Positions 57,896-64,000 of a DNA stretch of 64,000 bases are shown here, one piece after another. The notes beneath the pieces were generated by a model, which worked only from the letters and a program-made list of their open reading frames with translations, did no database searches and was not told the origin of the DNA. Source of the stretch: Clostridiales bacterium (GTDB taxonomy: Bacteria; Bacillota; Clostridia; TANB77; CAG-508). The translations under genes and the position numbers were made by a program. The DNA is taken from NCBI GenBank assembly GCA_003525075.1, contig DQFO01000008.1, positions 6,287-70,286 on the forward strand, read 5' to 3'. Position 1 is the first letter of the stretch; each line of letters starts with the position of its first letter.

Positions 57896-58525
57896 CTAAT
57901 CTATTTGTTCTAAGTTAATCAATTCATTTTTTCTAAAAGTCAATTTTAATAAACATGGTGATTTTATATTTAATATTAAATCATCTTTGTAAACAAGTTT
58001 AACATTTTCATTTACCTTACACCAATTTAACAAAAAGAATTTTATTGAACCTCCATGGCTAATTACTGCAATTCTTTTTCCTTCATATTCTTTAAGTATT
58101 TTATCAAAAAAAATATTCATTCTTTCTCTAGTTTGCTCTGCACTTTCTCCATCAGATGTTCTAAATGTTCTATCTAATAATTGTTCTTGTGAAGGATCTC
58201 TTGTTTTTTTATCCTTCATAAATTCTCCTAATTCTTTTAAATTTCCTAGTTTTCTTTCACTTAAGTTATTATCTAAATTAAAAATTAAATTATTTTCATA
58301 TGCAATATATTTTGCTGTAGCCTTAGCTCTAGTATAACTGCTTGACCAAATAATATCTAAATTTTTCAATTCATTATTTTTACTTAATTTTTTTGCTTGT
58401 TCCTCTCCTTCTACTGACAAGATTTCTTTTTCATTAATCATTTGTGAATCTTCATTTGTATTTCTAATACCATTTTCGTCAACAGTTTCAGCATGTCTAA
58501 CTAAATATATTATTGTATCTTTCAC
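57896..58525 (-). CDS. Histidine phosphatase family protein (phosphoglycerate-mutase-like)
   Basis: IYLVRHAET (RHG-type motif) and a downstream ISHGGSI. GTG start 9 nt after GGGGGA. Confidence 0.75.
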   Translation of the reverse strand: MKDTIIYLVRHAETVDENGIRNTNEDSQMINEKEILSVEGEEQAKKLSKNNELKNLDIIWSSSYTRAKATAKYIAYENNLIFNLDNNLSERKLGNLKELGEFMKDKKTRDPSQEQLLDRTFRTSDGESAEQTRERMNIFFDKILKEYEGKRIAVISHGGSIKFFLLNWCKVNENVKLVYKDDLILNIKSPCLLKLTFRKNELINLEQID

Positions 58526-58606
58526 TTTACTTTCCCCCTCTTTTCTTTTTTATTATAACAATAGAAACAATATATTTCAATCATTTATTACAAATCATTT
58601 TTTAAT

Positions 58607-59859
58607 TCAATAATTCATAATCTCATCTATTACATCAGATTTCATAATTTCTTCTAACATATCATTTGCTTCTTTTCTTGTTTCATCTGAGCTTGATATA
58701 TAATAATTTTCAGTTGTTTCTATTCTACTATGACCTAAAATATCTGCAACATCTCTAATTTCTGCTCCATTTCGTAGAATCTTAGTTGCATAACTTCCTC
58801 TTAAATCATAAAATCTACAATTCTTTATTCTAAGTTCATTATGTATTATTTTAAAAGGATATTTTATAATATCTGTTCCTACATATAATCCATTATTTTT
58901 TGTAAATACCATTTCTACACTTTTTAAATTTTTATATTTACCTTCAACAATTTTATATTCATTTATTTTTCCGTATTCATTTTTAATAGGCTCTAATTCA
59001 TATTTCTTATACTTTCTGCCATATTTCTTTTTTAATAATTTTTGTTTTTCTTTATAATTAGATAATATTTTATATAAAGTATCACATATGAAAACCTCTC
59101 TACAACTATCATTTGTTTTAGTGGTTCCTAAAAACCATCTTCCTTTATCATCTTTTATTTTGGAATATACTGTTTTATTTATTTTTATAATTTTGTTTTC
59201 TAAATCAATATCATCCCAAGTTAATGCAAATACTTCTCCTGTTCTCATACCGGTATAGCAAGCTGTTAAAAAAGCACATATAAATGTATTATTATTCTTA
59301 AATCTTAATAAAATTTTATCAATTTCTTCTTGAGAATAAATATGTTTTATACCGTTTTTTTTGTTTCAAACGAAAGTATTTTAGGAATTTGTAATTCTAC
59401 TGCTGGATTATATTTCAAAAATCCAAAATGATTTGTTGCATCCCTAAAAGAACTTTTTATTACTTTTTGATAATTTCTTACTCCTTCTTTAGTCTTACAC
59501 TTTTGAGCAATTTTCAATAATGACTGATTTAGCAAAAATGGTGTAATAAAACTTAATTTGTATTTTCCTATTTCCTCTTTTAGAACTTTAAAAGTTTCTT
59601 TATATCTCTTTGCTGTAGAATATTTGTAATTAATTTCAAAATATTCTTTCATCCAATAATCTAAATAATCTGCATAAGACATCTGTGAATCTTTAGTGTT
59701 GCCTCCATTTATATATTCATCATAAACTTTCATTCCTGCCATTAATGCTTCATTTTTGGTTTTGAATCCTGATTTGCTAATGTATTTTCGTTTTCCATCT
59801 ACTTTTGCTATTTCAAATTGATATTGATATACTTTACCACGTTTTCTAATATTTACCAT
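58607..59859 (-). pseudogene. int: Tyrosine recombinase/phage-type integrase, split by a frameshift in an A8 tract
   Basis: The N-terminal ORF (59347-59859) has an Arm/AP2-like DNA-binding domain and a SAM-like domain. The C-terminal ORF (58607-59248) has ACYTGMRTGEVFALTWDDI, HSRIETT and ENYY. The C-terminal frame is open upstream through KKNGIKHIYSQEEIDKILL... and meets the N-terminal frame at T8 (59355-59362); one extra A would fuse them. Confidence 0.8.
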
Positions 59860-59888
59860 TTTTCACCTCCATTCCTCTATATTTTTAC

Positions 59889-59944
59889 ACAGAAAAAAAA
59901 AGAAATGTCAACATATATTCTATGTCTACATTCCTTTATTTTCA
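59889..59944 (+). repeat. Right copy of the ~56-nt imperfect direct repeat (partner at 46958-47010); contains the int promoter-like TTGACA
   Basis: See the left copy. The minus strand reads TTGACA (59906-59911), 18 nt, TAAAAA, upstream of int. Confidence 0.5.
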
Positions 59945-60035
59945 GCACTTCTTGTTCGCATTTTGATATTTTTGTTGACAAAACGAACTTGTTTTGCAAA
60001 TTTTCAATTTTTAAAATTTCTGTGTGACTCGCTAT

Positions 60036-62789
60036 TTAAGCGTTCTTCCCGCAACAGTTTTTATATTTTTTACCACTTCCACAAGGACATGGATCATTAC
60101 GTCCAGCTTTAGGACCATCATTAACAACTGGTTTGTGTTCTTCAACTTTCATTTTTTCACCATTATCCAAGCTATTTAATGCTTGTAAAGCTGCACCAGT
60201 TATTTTAGCTGTTTCCTCACGTTTTACTTCATCTTGTTTACGAAGATTCATCATCATTTGAACAACATCATGTTTGATATCTAATACCATTTCATCAAAC
60301 ATATCCATACCCTCTATTCTATATTTTACAACAGGATCTTGTTGTCCATAAGCTCTTAAACCAATACCATCTTTTAACTCATCCATTGCATCAATATGAT
60401 CCATCCATTTTTGATCAACTACTTTAAGCATTACAACTCTTTCTAGTTCTCTCAATTCTTCTGAACCAATTTCTGCTTCTTTCTTGTCATATTCTGATAA
60501 TGCAACTTCTTGTAATTTTTCTATTATTTTGTTTGAATCTTTTGCATTTTCCTTTACGAAATCACTAATATCTACACCAAATATATTTTTTATATTTGTA
60601 TTTAATGCTTCTTGATTTACATCATTATCACCTGCAAATTGTGAAATTACAACTTCTTCTGCTAAAGATTTTATCATATTTAAAATGTTATCTTTTAAGT
60701 TTTCACCATCAAGAACTTGTCTTCTTTGTTCATATATGATTTCTCTTTGTGCATTCATTACATCATCATATTTTAATACATTCTTTCTGATACTGAAGTT
60801 TCTTCCTTCAACTTTCTTTTGAGCTGATTCTACTGCATTACTGATGATTTTGTTTTCAATTGGAATACTTTCATCCATTCCTACTGCATTATATACTTTT
60901 GTAATCATGTCTCCACCAAAGATTTTCATTAAGTCATCATCTAATCCTATATAGAATTTTGACTCTCCTGGATCTCCTTGACGTCCACTACGTCCTCTTA
61001 ACTGATTATCAATTCTTCTTGATTCATGTCTTTCTGTTCCTATTATTTTTAGACCACCTACTGCTAGAACTTTTTCTTTTTCTTCTTTGATTTCTTCATC
61101 ATATTTCTTTTCTAACTCATTGAATTTTTCTCTAGCTCTTAATATTTCTTGGTCATCTGTTTCATAATATGTATTTGATTCTTCAATTAAGTTTTCTGGA
61201 ATTTTATTTTTTCTCATTTCTTGTTTTGCAAGATATTCACTATTTCCTCCAAGCATAATATCAGTACCACGTCCTGCCATGTTTGTTGCAATTGTTACTG
61301 CTCCAAATTTTCCTGCTTGTGCTATTATTTCGGCTTCTTTTTCATGATATTTTGCGTTTAATACTTCATGCTTAATTCCTTCTTTTTTCAATATATTGCT
61401 TAATTTTTCAGATTTTTCTATTGAAACTGTACCAATTAATACTGGTTGTCCTTTTTCATGACTTTCTTTTACACTTTGTACTATTGCATTAAATTTTGCT
61501 TTTTCATTTTTATAAATTGCATCATTTAAATCTTTTCTTATCATTGGCTTATTTGTTGGAATTGAAATTACATCCAAATTATAGATTTCTTCAAACTCTG
61601 CCTCTTCTGTCATTGCAGTACCTGTCATACCTGACAATTTATCATACATTCTAAAATAGTTTTGAAATGTGATTGTTGCAAGTGTTTTTGACTCATCTGC
61701 AATTTTTACACCTTCTTTTGCTTCAATTGCTTGATGTAATCCATTATTATATCTTCTTCCATACATAATACGTCCTGTAAATTCATCAACAATTAAGACT
61801 TCTCCATCTTTTACGATATAATCAATATCTTTTTTCATTACTCCATGTGCTCTTAATGCTTGATTTACATGGTGAACAAGTGTTGAATTTTCTATATCAT
61901 TAAAGTTCTCTAAATGGAATGTTTCTTCTGCTTTCTTAATTCCCTTTTGTGTTAATGATGCAGATTTTGCTTTTAAATCAACTATATAATCATAATTTTC
62001 ATTATCTTCTGCTTGTGCTTCATCTTTTACATCTTCTTCTACAATTACTTTTGGTGTTAATCTTTTTACAAAATCATTTGCTTTTTTATATAAATCTGAT
62101 GATTGATTTGCTCTTCCTGAAATGATAAGTGGTGTTCTTGCTTCATCTATTAATATACTATCAATCTCATCTACGATAGCATATGCTAAATCTCTTTGAA
62201 CTAATTGTTCTTTATATATAACCATGTTATCTCTTAGATAATCAAATCCAAATTCATTGTTTGTACCATATGTAATATCACAAGCATAAGCTTTTTGCTT
62301 TGCTTTTGGATCCATTCCTGCAATAACTAATCCAACAGATAGTCCCATGAATTTATATAGTTTTCCCATCCATTCACTATCTCTTTTAGCTAAATAATCA
62401 TTTACTGTTATTACATGAACTCCTCTTCCTGTTAGTGCATTTAAATATACTGGTAATGTTGCAACAAGTGTTTTTCCTTCACCTGTTTTCATTTCAGCAA
62501 TTCTACCTTGATGTAAAATAATACCACCTATTAATTGTACATCAAAATGTCTCATTCCTAATACTCTTTTTGATGCTTCTCTTACTACTGCAAAGGCTTC
62601 TGGTAATATATCATCTAATGTTTTTCCATTATCTAATTGTTCTTTAAATTCATTTGTTTTATTTTTTAGTTCTTCGTCTGTTAATTTTGATATTTCATCT
62701 TCTAATGAATTTATTTTGTCAACTATTGGCATAATTCTCTTTACTTCTTTTTCACTATAGCTCTTAAATATTTTATTAAAAATGCTCAT
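60036..62789 (-). CDS. secA: Preprotein translocase ATPase SecA
   Basis: 917 aa with [14 protein letters not shown], the DEVD-like [18 protein letters not shown], and the C-terminal SEC-C zinc motif [15 protein letters not shown]. Confidence 0.97.
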   Translation of the reverse strand: MSIFNKIFKSYSEKEVKRIMPIVDKINSLEDEISKLTDEELKNKTNEFKEQLDNGKTLDDILPEAFAVVREASKRVLGMRHFDVQLIGGIILHQGRIAEMKTGEGKTLVATLPVYLNALTGRGVHVITVNDYLAKRDSEWMGKLYKFMGLSVGLVIAGMDPKAKQKAYACDITYGTNNEFGFDYLRDNMVIYKEQLVQRDLAYAIVDEIDSILIDEARTPLIISGRANQSSDLYKKANDFVKRLTPKVIVEEDVKDEAQAEDNENYDYIVDLKAKSASLTQKGIKKAEETFHLENFNDIENSTLVHHVNQALRAHGVMKKDIDYIVKDGEVLIVDEFTGRIMYGRRYNNGLHQAIEAKEGVKIADESKTLATITFQNYFRMYDKLSGMTGTAMTEEAEFEEIYNLDVISIPTNKPMIRKDLNDAIYKNEKAKFNAIVQSVKESHEKGQPVLIGTVSIEKSEKLSNILKKEGIKHEVLNAKYHEKEAEIIAQAGKFGAVTIATNMAGRGTDIMLGGNSEYLAKQEMRKNKIPENLIEESNTYYETDDQEILRAREKFNELEKKYDEEIKEEKEKVLAVGGLKIIGTERHESRRIDNQLRGRSGRQGDPGESKFYIGLDDDLMKIFGGDMITKVYNAVGMDESIPIENKIISNAVESAQKKVEGRNFSIRKNVLKYDDVMNAQREIIYEQRRQVLDGENLKDNILNMIKSLAEEVVISQFAGDNDVNQEALNTNIKNIFGVDISDFVKENAKDSNKIIEKLQEVALSEYDKKEAEIGSEELRELERVVMLKVVDQKWMDHIDAMDELKDGIGLRAYGQQDPVVKYRIEGMDMFDEMVLDIKHDVVQMMMNLRKQDEVKREETAKITGAALQALNSLDNGEKMKVEEHKPVVNDGPKAGRNDPCPCGSGKKYKNCCGKNA

Positions 62790-62911
62790 TCTTTTATCAA
62801 TTCCTTTCAGTTTTTAACTTTTATAATATTACCACGAATTATTTTATTTTTCAACCCTTTTGATGTTCTAAGTTTTTTTTTTTTTCATATTCTTTATTGG
62901 AGGTTTTTAAA

Positions 62912-64000
62912 TTGAAAACTAACAAACTATTTATTTTATTTTTAATTTTGGTATTTCTTCTTTCTGGAATTGTTTATGCTGATGATATAGATTTGGAAAT
63001 AGATTCTTCTATTGAAACTATTTCTCCTCAAGATACAATTCCTTCTATAAATTCAAGAGCTGCTATTGTTTATGATAGAAATTCTGGAATGATTTTATAT
63101 GGAAAAAATGAAAATGAGAAAAGAAAGATGGCTTCTACAACAAAAATTCTAACAGCAATCATTACTATCGAAAATTCGACTTTAAGTGATATTGTAACAA
63201 TTTCTTCTAAGTCTGCTGGAACAGGTGGTTCTCGTCTAGGTCTTCATAAAGATGATAAAATTTCAGTTGCTGATTTACTTTATGGTTTAATGCTATGTTC
63301 CGGTAATGATGCAGCAGTTGCACTTGCTGAACACATTAGTGGAAGTGTTGAAAATTTTGCTATATTAATGAATCAAAAAGCTTGCAAAATTGGTTTAAAT
63401 TCAAGTCATTTTGTTACTCCTCATGGTCTTGATAATGAAGAACATTATACTACTGCTTATGAATTAGCTCTTTTAACTAATTATGCTTTAAAAAATGATA
63501 TTTTTAGAAAATATGTTGGCACAAAGTCTCAAACTATTACAATAAATACTTATTCTAAAACATTAAATAATACAAATGAATTGCTTGGATACTTAGATGG
63601 GGTTTATGGTGTAAAAACAGGATTTACGAATGGCGCTAATCGTTGCCTAGTTACTGCTGTAAAAAGAAATAATATGGATTTAATATGTATTGTACTTGGT
63701 GCTGATACAAAAAAGGATAGAACTCGTGATAGTATTGAACTTATTGAATATGCTTTTAAAACTTTTTTTCCTTATAATATTAAAGAGAAAATCGAAAATG
63801 AATTCCAGAACTGGATTTTGTGTAATTCAAATAGTTTTTATGTTTCGAAAGGCTCTTCAAATGATATTTCTCCATATTTAGAAAATTTAAATTCTGAATA
63901 TTTACCTTTATCTAGTAATCAAATTCAAAATTTAAGCATATATATATATTGTAATTATACTTTAACAGCACCTTTAGAAAAAGATTCTTCTATTGGAACT
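62912..64000 (+). CDS. D-alanyl-D-alanine carboxypeptidase (serine-type, PBP5/DacB-like), 3' end outside the window
   Basis: Not in the ORF track (it runs off the window). TTG start 8 nt after GGAGG, a signal peptide, then SxxK (ASTTK), SxN (CSGND) and KTG (VKTGFT) motifs. Confidence 0.85.
   Translation, partial: MKTNKLFILFLILVFLLSGIVYADDIDLEIDSSIETISPQDTIPSINSRAAIVYDRNSGMILYGKNENEKRKMASTTKILTAIITIENSTLSDIVTISSKSAGTGGSRLGLHKDDKISVADLLYGLMLCSGNDAAVALAEHISGSVENFAILMNQKACKIGLNSSHFVTPHGLDNEEHYTTAYELALLTNYALKNDIFRKYVGTKSQTITINTYSKTLNNTNELLGYLDGVYGVKTGFTNGANRCLVTAVKRNNMDLICIVLGADTKKDRTRDSIELIEYAFKTFFPYNIKEKIENEFQNWILCNSNSFYVSKGSSNDISPYLENLNSEYLPLSSNQIQNLSIYIYCNYTLTAPLEKDSSIGT

Larger units (their letters stand above)
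46958..60083. mobile_element. Decayed integrative island downstream of secA (outer limits given; the inner left boundary may be ~48173)
   Basis: The evidence is a frameshifted integrase next to the secA 3' end, a degenerate duplicate of the SEC-C coding end 11.9 kb away in the same orientation, a second pair of ~56-nt direct repeats, and cargo of accessory character with several G+C-richer plus-strand genes. Confidence 0.5.

Overview
The window comes from a very AT-rich, spore-forming, anaerobic Firmicute (Clostridia-like). The evidence is SpoVG, YtfJ/YtfI, CotJABC, spore photoproduct lyase, pyruvate formate-lyase and a CIRCE-controlled groESL. Almost all genes lie on the minus strand. From about 1 to 46.9 kb the content is mostly housekeeping: mgtA (3' part), rnr, secG, xseA, nusB, the asp23 stress cluster, proS, scpB, a cyclophilin PPIase, disA, radA, spoVG, murC, ytfJ, scpA, recX, pflB, groESL, dCMP deaminase, pyrG, splB, ispA, cotJABC, two MacB/FtsX-type ABC exporters and a two-component system. 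A few orphan genes are interspersed.

The most interesting region is a ~12-13 kb accessory island (~47.0/48.2-60.0 kb) directly downstream of secA. A tyrosine integrase ends the island, and its gene is broken by a 1-nt frameshift in an A8 tract. A degenerate copy of the secA SEC-C 3' end lies at the far side. A second pair of ~56-nt imperfect direct repeats also flanks it.

The island cargo is a tightly packed operon driven by a consensus TTGACA-17-TATAAT promoter. It encodes a radical SAM/SPASM enzyme, a B12-binding radical SAM enzyme, a SAM methyltransferase, a CYTH (ExExK) triphosphate-tunnel protein and two thymidylate-kinase-like P-loop proteins. Next to it are a histidine phosphatase, a convergent guanylate-kinase-like gene, a truncated pyrophosphatase-like gene and a HelD-type helicase. 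I found no precursor-peptide ORF. I interpret this as a candidate, apparently uncharacterised, nucleotide-modifying (nucleotide-analogue producing) system.

Other items worth a second look:
- A three-gene orphan module with an 815-aa HExxH protein, sitting between an ABC exporter and its probable two-component system.
- A 591-aa protein combining a sigma-70 region-4-like motif with a tandem pair of ~45-aa repeats that resemble the RpoA C-terminal domain.
- A G+C-richer 47-codon orphan gene with its own consensus promoter and tandem terminators.
- A kinase-NUDIX fusion.

I recognised no rRNA, tRNA, CRISPR array or transposase.
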